A stretch of 64,000 nucleotides of DNA from Candidatus Beckwithbacteria bacterium (GCA_026397255.1 JAPLVF010000013.1:85030-149029), one strand, 5' to 3'. Shown: positions 37,062 to 48,070, counted from the first letter of the stretch. Numbers and translations: made by a program. Notes: a model not told the origin generated them from the letters alone.

Positions 37062-37835
37062 ATGGGTTGGTTTACGACCTTTATTTATCAGCCGTTTTTT
37101 AATCTATTGGTAGGAATTTACTGGGCTTTAGGGAGGGTGGCGCCGCAATATTTGGACATGGGAAATGCGGTGATTATTTTTACGATAATTTTTAGAATTA
37201 TCTGGATACCCATCTCTCTTTCTTCCTCTCGCAGCGCTAAAGAACGGCATGAAATCTCGGAAAAATTTTCAGAAATTCAGGCATTACACGCTAAAGATCC
37301 TATCAGAGAACGGGAAGAAACGAAAAAATTAATGAGGAGAAACAGAAGAATCATCTTTATGTCCTCGTTCGATATCTTTTTTCAGATAATGGTGATGCTG
37401 ATGCTTTACCGGATTTTTACCACCGGTTTGGAGGGGGCAGATTTTCATTTGATTTATAAGTGGATGCCAGCGCATCCGGAACACTTTAATTTAACCTGGC
37501 TAAACGGCCGGTTTGATTTAACCCACCCGAATGTAACTTTAAATCTCATCAATTCGCTGGTTATTTTTGTCGCCGAAGGACTGTCGGGGTTGCTGTCGCC
37601 CTTCCCAACCGGCAGAAGCGAACTATTAACTTTATTTATCTTGCCGATCGGGGCGTTTAGTTTTTTTGCTTTTATGCCGGCCGGGAAAAAATTGTTTGTG
37701 ATTACCACTTTACTGTTTTCAATTGTAATCATGCTTGCTAAGGCCGTAAAAATTATCTATTATGAATCCAGGGGCAGGCTGAAGAAATTAGCCTACGGCC
37801 TAATTATTGATAAACCCAAAGAAGGGGTAAAATAA
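37062..37835 (+). CDS. yidC: YidC/Oxa1-family membrane protein insertase (short form)
   Basis: MGWFTTFIYQPFFNLLVGIYWALG...AVIIFTIIFRIIWIPISL and the following TM helices match the YidC core. The start is set at ATG 37062; the track GTG start at 37014 lies inside the palindromic repeat. Confidence 0.8.
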   Translation: MGWFTTFIYQPFFNLLVGIYWALGRVAPQYLDMGNAVIIFTIIFRIIWIPISLSSSRSAKERHEISEKFSEIQALHAKDPIREREETKKLMRRNRRIIFMSSFDIFFQIMVMLMLYRIFTTGLEGADFHLIYKWMPAHPEHFNLTWLNGRFDLTHPNVTLNLINSLVIFVAEGLSGLLSPFPTGRSELLTLFILPIGAFSFFAFMPAGKKLFVITTLLFSIVIMLAKAVKIIYYESRGRLKKLAYGLIIDKPKEGVK

Positions 37836-38453
37836 ATGGAGTTTGATAAATTAGTGGTTTCTTTCTTAGCCGATGAGGTGGTCGGCGGATTTTTTGTCAA
37901 TGTGCCGCCGGGACACGTCGCCTGCATCCATGACTTAGGACGAGGGGTATTAAAAAAAGTTAAGGGTCCGGGATTACATCTTAAAATCCCCTTTTGGCAA
38001 AGAGCCAAGCTGTTTAACGCGCAGATTCTGGAATACTTAATCCGGCATGACTTTGATTTAACTTATAAAGAAGCAATGGGCGATGAAGCGATTACCGGCA
38101 AGACTTCAGACGGAAAAAATATCCAATTAGAAGGTTCAATCTTATTTAAAATCGATAAAACCCGGGCCAATGAACTGTGGGAAACGATTGGAGAGAATTT
38201 TATCAGTAAAATTGTCCGGCCGGTTTCCCGGAGCCGCATCAGAAGCGTTTTATCAGAGGTCTCCTTAAATCAGTTAACCTCTTATCGAACCCAAGTCGAG
38301 GAAAAAATCAAAAAAGAGTTGAATAATATTTTTTCCAAATCAGGTATTATTTGCGACGGATTTTTATTATCGGAATTAAAAGATTTAGGAGTTTTGAAAA
38401 CCACCAGTGATGATAAAGTGATTTTTAAAGAAGAAAAATCAGACGAAAGCTAA
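37836..38453 (+). CDS. SPFH/band-7 (prohibitin-like) domain protein, putative
   Basis: ...VACIHDLGRGVLKKVKGPGLHLKIPFWQRAKLFNAQILE...GSILFKIDKTRANELWETIGENF pattern resembles the SPFH domain. Weak call. Confidence 0.5.
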   Translation: MEFDKLVVSFLADEVVGGFFVNVPPGHVACIHDLGRGVLKKVKGPGLHLKIPFWQRAKLFNAQILEYLIRHDFDLTYKEAMGDEAITGKTSDGKNIQLEGSILFKIDKTRANELWETIGENFISKIVRPVSRSRIRSVLSEVSLNQLTSYRTQVEEKIKKELNNIFSKSGIICDGFLLSELKDLGVLKTTSDDKVIFKEEKSDES

Positions 38454-39331
38454 CGGAAATAATTTAAGATAAGTTTAGCGGTCAGTTCGTGACCAGCCAC
38501 AGAAGGATGAAGGCCGTCATGACTGATATAGCGGCTATTACCTTCTCCGTCTGGAGATAAACTCGCCTCATAGACATTAATTAAAGGAATGTTTTGGCTG
38601 TGAGCAAAGTTAATAAAATTATTCAAATATAACTTAACTGTTTTAGCCTGATCAGCCCGATCATTGGCTGATAAATTTAATCCTTCAATGTTGCCGGCAA
38701 AAAGCTTGGAGTTGGGGGCAATGGTGGCCAAAAATATCAATTTCGCGTGACTGTTGTTTCTGACCGTCTCGACAATTTTGCCTAAAGTCAGCCACTGTTT
38801 ATCCAAATCCTCCTGGGACTGGCTCCCATGATTGTAGGCCATGGACTCAATAATAATAATATCCGGCTGGACAGAGAAGAGAGCCGGAATGGTTTGGCCT
38901 AAATATTGATAATCATTATTTAACCGATGCAGGCCAAATTCTAAGTTGGTAGCGCCGGCGCCGTAATTGAAAATTTGAAAGGCGGCGGCGGGAAAATAGC
39001 GACTGAGCTCCTGCTGTAATGCCGGAAACCCCGGACCGGCAGTATCGATCATGGAATCACCTAATAGGGCAATTTTATATTCCCCTTTGAGTTGGTTATT
39101 GGTTTTTGGCTCAACTTCTGGTTTAGTTGAGGGAACACGAGGAATTTCGATTACTTGGGCTTGGATAGTTCCGGCCGGAATCACAATCTGTAAAGGCACT
39201 GAAGTATCTTCACTGCTACTGCTTAATGGGGATAAAAACGCCGGTTGATTGACAGAAAAGCCGCCGACTGAAAAAACGCCGACAATCAGGCCTAAAGAAA
39301 AAATAAAGCCAGCCTTTTGCCAGTAAGCCAT
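38450..39331 (-). CDS. SGNH/GDSL-family hydrolase, secreted or membrane-anchored
   Basis: IALLGDSMIDTAG is GDS(L) block I. DGLHPSVAGHELTA is the catalytic D-x-x-H block V. An N-terminal TM segment is present. Confidence 0.7.
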   Translation of the reverse strand: MAYWQKAGFIFSLGLIVGVFSVGGFSVNQPAFLSPLSSSSEDTSVPLQIVIPAGTIQAQVIEIPRVPSTKPEVEPKTNNQLKGEYKIALLGDSMIDTAGPGFPALQQELSRYFPAAAFQIFNYGAGATNLEFGLHRLNNDYQYLGQTIPALFSVQPDIIIIESMAYNHGSQSQEDLDKQWLTLGKIVETVRNNSHAKLIFLATIAPNSKLFAGNIEGLNLSANDRADQAKTVKLYLNNFINFAHSQNIPLINVYEASLSPDGEGNSRYISHDGLHPSVAGHELTAKLILNYFR

Positions 39332-39355
39332 GATGCAACCATCTTAACCTTAAAG

Positions 39356-41716
39356 TCAGACGAAGGCTAATTTAAGCACTTCATCCAGGTGGGAAACGAA
39401 TTCAAACTTAATTTCTTTTTTAACTTTAGCGGGAAGTTTGTCTAAATTTTTCTGATTGTCTTTCGGTAAAATTACCATGGTGATGCCGGCACGATGAGCG
39501 GCGATGACTTTTTCTTTAACCCCGCCGATTTCCAGGACCCGGCCCCGAAGGGTAATTTCACCGGTCATGGCGACAGTTTTTTTAACTTTTTTCTTAGTTA
39601 AAGCGGAAATAACGGCGGTGGCCATGGTAATACCGGCCGACGGACCGTCTTTAGGCACCGCCCCCTCAGGCACATGAATATGGATATCCACGGTTTGATA
39701 AAAATTCTTGTTGAGTTTTAGCTGCTGCCAGCGGGAACGGACATAAGAGATGGCGGCTTGAGCAGATTCTTTCATCACTTCGCCTAAATGACCGGTAAGG
39801 GTAATTTTGCCTTTGCCGGGAACAATCGCTACTTCAATAAATAAAACATCGCCGCCGGCTTCGGTCCAAGCCAGGCCGGTAGCCACACCAATATCATCTT
39901 TTTGTCCGGCCAAAACAGGAGAAAATGCTTCCGGGCCAAGATATTCAAATAAATTTTTAGGGATAACTTTAAAGGGACCACGTTTTTTAAAGGCAATTTT
40001 CTTGGCAATTTTGCGAAAAACCTTAGAGATTTCTCTTTCTAAGCCGCGAACGCCGGCTTCATGAGTGTAGCCGGAAATAATTTTTTTCAAACTTGATAAG
40101 GGTAAAATCGCCTGTTTTTTAGTCAGACCGCTGGCATTTAAGCTTTTATTGATCAAGTATTTTAGGGCAATTTTTTCTTTTTCATCAGCGGTATAACCGG
40201 AAAAATGAATTACTTCTAAACGGTCTCTTAAGGACGGCGGGATCGTATCTAAAATATTAGCTGTGGTGATAAACATCACCTGGGATAAATCAAAAGCCAC
40301 TTCCAGATAGTGATCGGAAAAATCTTTATTCTGCTCGGGGTCCAAAGCTTCCAATAAAGCGGCCGAGGGGTCACCGCGAAAATCTGCCCCAACCTTGTCA
40401 ATTTCATCCAGCATAAAGACCGGATTATTGGTCCCGGCGGTTTTAATCCCCTGAATAATCCGGCCGGGCAAGGCACCAACATAAGTGCGGCGGTGGCCGC
40501 GGATTTCGGCTTCGTCGCGAATACCGCCTAAAGAAACTTTGACAAATTTACGATTTAAGGCCCGGGCAATCGAACGGCCAATCGAGGTTTTACCAACTCC
40601 GGGAGGGCCAACGAAGCAAAGAATCGTCGGTCCGGCCGGAACAACAGATTTATTAGCGCCCTGACGTTGTTTTTTCAACTGGAGCACGGCTAAATATTCC
40701 ATAATTCTGTCTTTAACTTCTTCAAGACCATAATGATCGGCTTCGAGGATACTCTCAGCCTTATTCATACTGACATTATTGGGACTACCAACACTCCAGG
40801 GCAAGCCACAAAGCCAATCCAAATAGGTACGAATATAGCCTGTTTCTGGATTATACATATGCATTTCTTCCAGACGGTTTAATTCTTCCAAGGCTTTTTT
40901 GTTTGCCTCATTAGGCATCTTGGCGGCGGTGATTTTCTCCCGATATTCTTTAATGTCTTTATTTTCACTGTCATCGCCCAGTTCTTTTTGAATGGTTTTT
41001 AAACGTTCGCGCAAAACAGTCTCCCGCATGTTTTTATCGAATTTCTTCTGGGTTTTAGTATTAATATTGCGTTCAATTTCCAAAATTTTTAATTCCTGCG
41101 AGAGGTGGTCGGAAACTAATTCCAAACGTTTTTTCACCTCCAGAGTTTCCAAGAGAAACTGTTTTTGACTGGTAGAAATATCCAGATTGGTGGCAATTTG
41201 ATCAGCCAGCTCGGAAGCGGAAACCCCGCTCATTACCCGCATAAACATGAAAAAATCGACGGATTTACCCATATTGACGGCTTGTTTATAGTTATTGCTA
41301 ACCAGCTTCAGCAAAGCCGTAACCTCATCAGATTCTTCGGTAATTTCCGCTAATTCTTCCACTTCGCCAACTAAAAAAGGTTCACTGGCAGTTAAACTGT
41401 TAATTTTGACCCGGACTAAACCCTTGACCAGAGCGTTAATTTCCCCATCGGTCTTTAAAATTCTTTCCAGGCTGCAAAGCGTCCCGATTGTATAAATATC
41501 GTTTACCCCCGGTTCGGCAACTTCAGGGTTTTTTTGCGCCACGAAAACAATTAATCGATCGGTGCGAAAAGCGGCCTCGACACCGGCACTACTTTTGGCC
41601 CGGCCAAAAGTCAAGACCGACTCACTGTGAGGAAAGACAACCCCTTCACGCAAGGGCACAAGCGGAACAACCCTTTTGGTTGGTTTATTCTGGTGCGGAC
41701 CTAAAAGAATAGCCAT
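39356..41716 (-). CDS. lon: ATP-dependent Lon protease
   Basis: 786 aa. GPPGVGKTS is Walker [20 protein letters not shown] is the Lon catalytic Ser region. An N-terminal LON domain is present. Confidence 0.9.
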   Translation of the reverse strand: MAILLGPHQNKPTKRVVPLVPLREGVVFPHSESVLTFGRAKSSAGVEAAFRTDRLIVFVAQKNPEVAEPGVNDIYTIGTLCSLERILKTDGEINALVKGLVRVKINSLTASEPFLVGEVEELAEITEESDEVTALLKLVSNNYKQAVNMGKSVDFFMFMRVMSGVSASELADQIATNLDISTSQKQFLLETLEVKKRLELVSDHLSQELKILEIERNINTKTQKKFDKNMRETVLRERLKTIQKELGDDSENKDIKEYREKITAAKMPNEANKKALEELNRLEEMHMYNPETGYIRTYLDWLCGLPWSVGSPNNVSMNKAESILEADHYGLEEVKDRIMEYLAVLQLKKQRQGANKSVVPAGPTILCFVGPPGVGKTSIGRSIARALNRKFVKVSLGGIRDEAEIRGHRRTYVGALPGRIIQGIKTAGTNNPVFMLDEIDKVGADFRGDPSAALLEALDPEQNKDFSDHYLEVAFDLSQVMFITTANILDTIPPSLRDRLEVIHFSGYTADEKEKIALKYLINKSLNASGLTKKQAILPLSSLKKIISGYTHEAGVRGLEREISKVFRKIAKKIAFKKRGPFKVIPKNLFEYLGPEAFSPVLAGQKDDIGVATGLAWTEAGGDVLFIEVAIVPGKGKITLTGHLGEVMKESAQAAISYVRSRWQQLKLNKNFYQTVDIHIHVPEGAVPKDGPSAGITMATAVISALTKKKVKKTVAMTGEITLRGRVLEIGGVKEKVIAAHRAGITMVILPKDNQKNLDKLPAKVKKEIKFEFVSHLDEVLKLAFV

Positions 41717-41742
41717 AATTTAGCAGTATAAACAAAAGAGTG

Positions 41743-42384
41743 CTAACGGTCAAGTCCCAGTATTAATTCTTTTAGAGTTTGTTCCTGATTATCTGATTTG
41801 GCAAATTCGGAAGCGACTAACACTCCGGCACCGCCGGCGGCTAAAGCTTTTTGAACATGGAGTTTGTTTCTAATTCCCCCGCCGATAATTAAAGGTGCCT
41901 GAGCCACTTGAACGGCTTTTTTAATTAAAGCCTCATGGGCATCAATCATAGCGACCGGCCCGCCAATCAGCCGGGGATCTTCAAAAGCGATAAAATCAGG
42001 TTTTAAGGTGTTAAATTTGGTAATCATGGCCAAATCGGATGCCATTAACATAAATTTGAGCCCTACCTTCCGGCAAAAAGCCGTGGTTTTGATAATAGTT
42101 GACCAATCAAGCAGGTGTTCGGCGTGATTTAATAACACCCCTGAGGCTCCGGCAAATTTTAAACTTGCTGGTGCCTGCCAGCCGGTAAATTTTCCAGACT
42201 CAACCGGGTCGGCGTGCTGGGCCCAGATTTCTAAATCAGGCAAAGCTTGCTTAACCTGGTAAATATCCACAGCCTGAAGACAAGGAATTACAAGTTTGTC
42301 TGCCAGTTGGCGGATCAGACGGCAAAGTTTAAGAGTATTCTCCCCGCAGGTTTGGCGATAAATCTTAAAATTAAGAAAAATCAT
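41743..42384 (-). CDS. tpiA: Triosephosphate isomerase, archaeal type (short, about 213 aa)
   Basis: MIFLNFKIY (N-x-K) ...WAQHADPVESGKFTGWQAPASLKFAGASGVLLNHAEH...FEDPRLIGG...IIGGGIRNKLHVQKALAAGGAGVLVASEF parallels archaeal TIMs such as the Pyrococcus type. Confidence 0.6.
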   Translation of the reverse strand: MIFLNFKIYRQTCGENTLKLCRLIRQLADKLVIPCLQAVDIYQVKQALPDLEIWAQHADPVESGKFTGWQAPASLKFAGASGVLLNHAEHLLDWSTIIKTTAFCRKVGLKFMLMASDLAMITKFNTLKPDFIAFEDPRLIGGPVAMIDAHEALIKKAVQVAQAPLIIGGGIRNKLHVQKALAAGGAGVLVASEFAKSDNQEQTLKELILGLDR

Positions 42385-42387
42385 ATT

Positions 42388-42789
42388 TTATTGACATTTA
42401 ATTTCTTTAGCGACATTACAAATGTCTTCCTCTAAAAGATTTTCGCAGGCGCCGATTTTAATCTTTCTTACCTGTTGGGCCGGAAACTGCCTAATTTGAG
42501 TAGTGGTAGTTTCTAAAATCTGGGTAATTTCCTGCTTGACTGCCTGGCTAATTGCCTGACTAACCTCCTGGGGAGTTAGATCTTTTAAATTGTTTAAATT
42601 CAGAGGCTGGGGAGATTCACCGGAGGAGACAAGGCTGCCCTGAACACCTTTAATTAAACTTGAAGTGGCCAGATTTTTGGGAAAATCAGGATAATACTGC
42701 TTAATAACGATGTATAAACCAAAAGCACCGAAAGCAAACCAGGCCAATTTCAGTAAATTTTTCGGCCGGAAAATTTTTAACAAAAACAT
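42388..42789 (-). CDS. Hypothetical N-terminally anchored protein (133 aa)
   Basis: One TM segment. No motif recognised. Confidence 0.4.
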   Translation of the reverse strand: MFLLKIFRPKNLLKLAWFAFGAFGLYIVIKQYYPDFPKNLATSSLIKGVQGSLVSSGESPQPLNLNNLKDLTPQEVSQAISQAVKQEITQILETTTTQIRQFPAQQVRKIKIGACENLLEEDICNVAKEIKCQ

Positions 42790-42807
42790 TGATTTATTGT
42801 AACATCC

Positions 42808-43374
42808 ATGCTAATTTTAGGATACATGAGAAGGTTGATAATTATTTTGGCTTTATTCCTGATTAGTGCGACCCCGGTATTGGGTCAAAAAGAAGCTTCC
42901 GAAACAGGCAAAAATCGCCTCTTAATACAGCAAGAAAACCAGGCATTTAAAGAAAAAGTAAAAACAATTAAAGATCAGAGGAAACAAAAAATTGCGGAGA
43001 GAATTAATCAGCAGCTGGCTCATATCAATGACCAGGCGACTAAAGCCATGACTAATGTATTAGACCGAATGACTCAACTGTTAGAAAAACTGTCCAGTCG
43101 AGTGGCCAAACTTAAAGAGCAAGGCAAAAATACAACCGCAGCCGAAGCAGCAATTGCTAAGACCCAAGATTCAATTACCGCCACTAAGGCGGCAGTGGAA
43201 GAGCAAGCTAAAAAAGTGTACGTAATTGAATTCACTGAAGAAAGCGGTTTAAAGGTTGGCGCATCCCAAGCAAAAACCAGCTTAAGGGTAGACTTAAAAG
43301 CTCTGCGAGAAAAAGTCCAAACCACCAGACAAATGTTGGTTGATGCCCTTAAAGCCGTAAAGAATAGTTTATGA
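42808..43374 (+). CDS. Hypothetical secreted coiled-coil protein (188 aa)
   Basis: Signal peptide MLILGYMRRLIIILALFLISATPVLG, then an Ala/Lys/Glu-rich helical sequence. Confidence 0.45.
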   Translation: MLILGYMRRLIIILALFLISATPVLGQKEASETGKNRLLIQQENQAFKEKVKTIKDQRKQKIAERINQQLAHINDQATKAMTNVLDRMTQLLEKLSSRVAKLKEQGKNTTAAEAAIAKTQDSITATKAAVEEQAKKVYVIEFTEESGLKVGASQAKTSLRVDLKALREKVQTTRQMLVDALKAVKNSL

Positions 43375-43604
43375 AAAAAATATTTTTTATCACAATAGTT
43401 TTAAGTTTAGGAATTATTTTGTCCGGTTGCTTGCCAAAAAAAGTTGATGAAACAACAACAATTGGACAACCGGAATCAACTCAACAAGAACAAATTAACA
43501 ATGATGATTCTGTGGAAACCATCGAAAAAGAGATAGATCAAACAACTGTGCAAGATTTTGACAAGGAGATTAACACTCTGGATTCGGATATCAATCAATT
43601 GTAA
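43371..43604 (+). CDS. Small putative lipoprotein (77 aa)
   Basis: MKKIFFITIVLSLGIILSGC has lipobox LSGC. Confidence 0.4.
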   Translation: MKKIFFITIVLSLGIILSGCLPKKVDETTTIGQPESTQQEQINNDDSVETIEKEIDQTTVQDFDKEINTLDSDINQL

Positions 43605-45093
43605 GCGACTGATAAAGTTGCCTGTCAATAAAGCCCAAACGGCGGTAATACTCACGGGTGCCGACGCTAGAGATAACCCTAACTCTTTGATATTTAAATT
43701 TTTTAGCAATCTGGGCGGCTCTCATTATTAATTTTTTACCTAAACCAGCGTGCTGTACCCGAGCCTGGCCACCTAAAGCCAAAGCCTGACCATAAACATG
43801 AAGTTCGCGGATCATGGCCGTAGTTTTATTTTTAGGTAATGACAAACGCAAGAAAGCGCATAGTTTATTTTTTTCCGTCACCCACTGCAAAAACTTCTCT
43901 TCGCCGACTGAAGTCTGATAAGAGATAATTTTTAGGGTTAAATTTTTCCAAGGCTCGTTCCTGATTTCCCGAAAGCGGATTTCTTTAATCTTATTGGTGG
44001 TTTTTTGCTCGACTAACTGACGTAAATTACTGGTTTTGTTACCACTAACAATATCCGAGGCAGAAAAATCGCGGATCATCCGGGAAACACGGCAGTAAGG
44101 CGGCACGAGCGGCAAGGTTTGAGTTAAAACTTTGATTAATTCTGATTGAGTATAAGGCCGCCATAAATTTTTTTGATAATATAGATAGAGTGGGGCGGAT
44201 TTAATTAAGCTACAAGGGTAGATTTTTAATTCATCCGGCCGAAAATTTTTATCGCTAAATAATTTTTTAAAATCAGCAATATCTGTTTTAGGGGTGGCGC
44301 CGTATAAGTTAGCCATCCAGTGGGCCTGAATTTTAAAACCATATAAACGCAGTAATTTAATTGCCTTTTTGGTGGCGGCCACGGTGTGCCCGCGCTGATT
44401 CAATTTTAAAATGCGATCACTTAAACTCTGAATACCGATTTGAACTTTGGTACAACCTAAGTGGCGAAAACGAATTAATTCTGGCTTGGTAATCCAATCC
44501 GGGCGGGTTTCCAGACTTAAACCAACACAGCGGTTGGTGGCGGTTTCGTTGATTTTTTGCGCTACAGCTAACGAAACAGACTTTTGACCGTTAAGGGCTT
44601 CAAAACAACGCTTAATAAACCAGATTTGATAAGCTCTGGGGTAAGCTGACCAGGTACCCCCTAAAATGATTAACTCGATTTTGTCAGTGGGATGACCGTT
44701 AGCCTGATAGGTTTTTAAACGGGAAATCACTTGGCGGTAAGGGTTAAATTGGTTGGCAACTGCCCGCTGGCCGCCGGGCTCGTTCGGCAAGTAGCTTTTG
44801 GGCATCCTGGGATCATTAGGGCAATAGAGACAGCGGCCGGGACAAGGATAGGGCTTAGTTAAAAGCGTGACCGGAACCACGCCGGATAAGGTGCGGACCG
44901 GCTTAGCCACCAAAGAAGGAGGATAATTAAAATATCTTAAACCGCTAATCACCTCCGCTTTAGTAAAAAGTGTGGTTGCAGTTTTGGGGAAACGGCGCAA
45001 AACCTGGTCGTAATTTTTGCCAGCCGCCAATTCCTTAATTAAAGGCTGAAGTTTTTTCTCATAGGTTTTTGGGTTAAAATCAAATTTAGCCAT
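43591..45093 (-). CDS. Elp3-like radical SAM + GNAT acetyltransferase (tRNA wobble-uridine modification family)
   Basis: YPCPGRCLYCPND is the CxxxxCxxC radical SAM cluster. C-terminal ...GLGKKLIMRAAQIAKKFKYQRVRVISSVGTREYYRRLGF has a GNAT fold. Length 500 aa. Confidence 0.8.
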   Translation of the reverse strand: MAKFDFNPKTYEKKLQPLIKELAAGKNYDQVLRRFPKTATTLFTKAEVISGLRYFNYPPSLVAKPVRTLSGVVPVTLLTKPYPCPGRCLYCPNDPRMPKSYLPNEPGGQRAVANQFNPYRQVISRLKTYQANGHPTDKIELIILGGTWSAYPRAYQIWFIKRCFEALNGQKSVSLAVAQKINETATNRCVGLSLETRPDWITKPELIRFRHLGCTKVQIGIQSLSDRILKLNQRGHTVAATKKAIKLLRLYGFKIQAHWMANLYGATPKTDIADFKKLFSDKNFRPDELKIYPCSLIKSAPLYLYYQKNLWRPYTQSELIKVLTQTLPLVPPYCRVSRMIRDFSASDIVSGNKTSNLRQLVEQKTTNKIKEIRFREIRNEPWKNLTLKIISYQTSVGEEKFLQWVTEKNKLCAFLRLSLPKNKTTAMIRELHVYGQALALGGQARVQHAGLGKKLIMRAAQIAKKFKYQRVRVISSVGTREYYRRLGFIDRQLYQSLTID

Positions 45094-45738
45094 ATGGATT
45101 TAAATAAATTAAACGAAAAGTTTTACTTAAAAACCCAAGAGTATTTTAACACTTCCCGGCAGTTTTACTGGGAAGGGTGGAAAAAGCTCTTGCCTTACCT
45201 GCCTCGCCGGCAGGCGGGCCTACAGGGAGAGAACCTGCAGGTATTGGACCTGGGGTGTGGCAATGGCCGGTTCGGCAAATTCTTGGCAGAACATAAAAAT
45301 ATTGATTATATTGGCATTGATAATAATCAGTATTTACTGGATCAGGCGAAAAAATCTCTACCGCAGGCAAAATTGATAAAACAAGATTTACTGCTCCCCT
45401 GGCCGGTGAAAGAAAAATTCGATTTAGTAGCAATTTTAGGAGTAATGCACCACTTATCTGAACTTGATCGCGCGCCGCTGCTCCGGCGCGCTGCCGCTTG
45501 TTTAAAATCTAACGGAGTTTTATTTTTAAGTTTCTGGCAATTTAATCCGGCCAAAGGAAAATCAATTGGCAACCATGATTATCTTTTACCCTGGCATTTA
45601 GGCGTAGACGCCGAACGCTACTGCCATCTTTACAGTCAAGAAGAAATTAATAAATTAATTAAGCCGCTTAAATTAAAATTGCTTGATAACTTTATCGCCG
45701 ACAAGAACAACCGCTATTTGGTGCTTAAAAACTGTTGA
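45094..45738 (+). CDS. Class I SAM-dependent methyltransferase
   Basis: VLDLGCGNGRFG is motif I. ...LKSNGVLFLSF is also present. Confidence 0.7.
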   Translation: MDLNKLNEKFYLKTQEYFNTSRQFYWEGWKKLLPYLPRRQAGLQGENLQVLDLGCGNGRFGKFLAEHKNIDYIGIDNNQYLLDQAKKSLPQAKLIKQDLLLPWPVKEKFDLVAILGVMHHLSELDRAPLLRRAAACLKSNGVLFLSFWQFNPAKGKSIGNHDYLLPWHLGVDAERYCHLYSQEEINKLIKPLKLKLLDNFIADKNNRYLVLKNC

Positions 45739-46160
45739 ATAATCTCTAAATGGTCAAAGGCAAAAGATTTAGCCGGAGGAAGCTTGTCTAAATCAAACCA
45801 TTTAATTTCACTGACTTCATGATCATGACCGCCGAGCTTTTTAAGCGGTTTTAGTAAATAAACTAAGGAAACGTTTTGACGGTTTAATTCGTGAGGCCGC
45901 TGAGGATTGTCATTAACCATAAATAGCTTGATTACTTTGGCCTCATAACCGGTTTCTTCGCGGATTTCGCGCACTGCCGCCTGAGCCCCAGTTTCATTCA
46001 AGTCTAAAAATCCACCCGGTAAAGCCCACTTACCGGTCTCCACCCACTTGCCGCTGCGTTTAACCAGAAGAATTTGGTTATCTTTTACTAACAGCATATC
46101 CACCACCATGTGGCGCAAAAAAACTTTTTTCTTTGATTTTTCAAAATAACAGGTGATCAT
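45714..46160 (-). CDS. NUDIX hydrolase
   Basis: Nudix box GGFLDLNETGAQAAVREIREETGYE (G-x5-E-x7-REUxEExGU). Confidence 0.75.
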   Translation of the reverse strand: MITCYFEKSKKKVFLRHMVVDMLLVKDNQILLVKRSGKWVETGKWALPGGFLDLNETGAQAAVREIREETGYEAKVIKLFMVNDNPQRPHELNRQNVSLVYLLKPLKKLGGHDHEVSEIKWFDLDKLPPAKSFAFDHLEIIQQFLSTK

Positions 46161-46938
46161 AAAGCTGGTTGGCCAAATTTTCCGAGCCGATGACCATTGA
46201 ATACTGATATGTTTTCAAATTATCGGTGCCTAGATTGGGTGGAGCGGAAGTGTATTTTATTGTTAACCCGGCTTCCTGACACAATAAAATGATGGCGCCA
46301 ATATCCCAAACTGCCTGGTTAACAAACACCCCGGCATCAATCCGACCTAAGGCAATATTGACGCCGTGAAAAACACAACTACCATAACTGCGGGGGACGG
46401 AAGAAACGTGACAAATCTTAGCAAAAACCGCTTGCTTTTCTTCGGCTGAACCCACCATTGAGTAAACCAGCAACTTTTGTTTTAAGCGGTTAAATTTGGG
46501 TTTAATTTTTTTCTGATTCAGAAATATACCACCGCTTTTAAGCGCATGAATGATTTCATTGGATATCGGGAAAGAAGCTAACGTATAAACCGGCTGGTTT
46601 TTATACCACAAGGCAATAGAGACAGCAAAAACCGGAATTTTATTGGCAAAATTTAAAGTGCCGTCAATCGGATCAATTATCCAGTTATATTCCGGCCGGA
46701 CATTAACGCCGGTTTCTTCACCGATAAAACCGGCCTGAGGCAGAATTTTTTTCAAGGCTTTTTTTAAGAAATTTTCTATCTGACTATCAAGATGGGTAAC
46801 AACCGAGACTGACAGCTGAGGACTGGTTTTATAGCTAACTTTATTAGTCTTAGAAAAACCCAGCCGCAGCCGCTCGTTAATTGAGGGAATTAACTTAACT
46901 ACCTGCTGGTGAATTTTAGAGAGAGATAATTCGGACAT
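46141..46938 (-). CDS. Inositol monophosphatase / FBPase-family phosphatase
   Basis: ...GEETG..., WIIDPIDGTLNF (the D-P-I-D-G-T motif) and ...WDIGAIILL are IMPase-family motifs. Confidence 0.75.
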   Translation of the reverse strand: MSELSLSKIHQQVVKLIPSINERLRLGFSKTNKVSYKTSPQLSVSVVTHLDSQIENFLKKALKKILPQAGFIGEETGVNVRPEYNWIIDPIDGTLNFANKIPVFAVSIALWYKNQPVYTLASFPISNEIIHALKSGGIFLNQKKIKPKFNRLKQKLLVYSMVGSAEEKQAVFAKICHVSSVPRSYGSCVFHGVNIALGRIDAGVFVNQAVWDIGAIILLCQEAGLTIKYTSAPPNLGTDNLKTYQYSMVIGSENLANQLYDHLLF

Positions 46939-48016
46939 CTGTGGTTATTTGATTAATAATCTGGTCTATTTTAATCTTTTTTTCTAATATTTGTATCCGG
47001 GAAAAATTAGCCTTGATGGCTGGGTGAGTAGAGATAAGCGAGCAACAATCTTTGTAAGGTTTAATTGTTTCTTCATACAGGCCAATACCTTTCACTAAAG
47101 CGATAATGTCTTTTTTGTCAGTACCGATTAGGGGGCGAAAAATGGGAATTTTGACAGCCTCATCAACGCTACAGATATTTTCCATGGTTTGAGAGGCCAC
47201 CTGACCTAAACTATCACCCAAAACTAAAGCCTGGTAGCCGTATTTTTTAGCCAAGATTTCCCCCACTCTGGCCATCAACCGGCGATAAACCACTAATTCC
47301 TGCGGTTCATCACGACTAGTTAAATCTAAAACAGCCATTTGAAAGGGTAAATACGAGGCCAAATAAATATTCTGGGATAAGGTCAGGCCGGACAATTTAT
47401 CAACGATTGTTTTAATTTTGCTTTGCAGAACTGTCTTTGAATCAGGAAAAACATGAAAGTGTAAGAAATCCACCTGCGCTCCCCGCTTGGCTAATAAATA
47501 CGAGGCGGCAATCGAGTCAAAGCCGCCGGATAATAAAGATAAAACTTTGCCGGAAGTGGCAACCGGCAGGCCACCTGGTCCGGGGATTTTTTGGTTAAAA
47601 ATAAGCGTCTGATTATTAAATTCAGTAATGTAAATTGTTTGTTGGGGATGAGATAAATCGACTTTTATCTTTTTCTTGGTTCTAATCACATCGCCAATGG
47701 CCACTTCTAAATGACGGTGGGCTCTGACACTAAAAGTTTTTTTAGAAACGGCCATTTGTAAAGCAATTTTAGAAATTGATTCCAGGTTATTGGTTGACTC
47801 TTGAACCGGAGCAAACCAGGCAATGCCAAAAACGTTTTTTAATTTATCCAAGTCAATGTTTTCGCCGGAAATCATAATCTGTTTTTGCCCTTTAATTATT
47901 TGAAGTGAGGGATTTTTCAAGGCGATTTTAATATTGGTAATCAACCGGTTTTCAAAAAACGGCCGATTACCGCCTTTTAGGCCAATTTCGGCATAACGAA
48001 CGAGAATTTTTTGCAT
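46916..48016 (-). CDS. thiI: tRNA 4-thiouridine synthase ThiI (THUMP + PP-loop)
   Basis: MQKILVRYAEIGLKGGNRPFFE is the ThiI N-terminus. The PP-loop reads LSLLSGGFDSIAASY. Confidence 0.85.
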   Translation of the reverse strand: MQKILVRYAEIGLKGGNRPFFENRLITNIKIALKNPSLQIIKGQKQIMISGENIDLDKLKNVFGIAWFAPVQESTNNLESISKIALQMAVSKKTFSVRAHRHLEVAIGDVIRTKKKIKVDLSHPQQTIYITEFNNQTLIFNQKIPGPGGLPVATSGKVLSLLSGGFDSIAASYLLAKRGAQVDFLHFHVFPDSKTVLQSKIKTIVDKLSGLTLSQNIYLASYLPFQMAVLDLTSRDEPQELVVYRRLMARVGEILAKKYGYQALVLGDSLGQVASQTMENICSVDEAVKIPIFRPLIGTDKKDIIALVKGIGLYEETIKPYKDCCSLISTHPAIKANFSRIQILEKKIKIDQIINQITTDVRIISL

Positions 48017-48070
48017 ATTAGTTTATTTTACTCTCAAAGCTGCAAAATCTGTTAAAATAAGCTATAAAAC

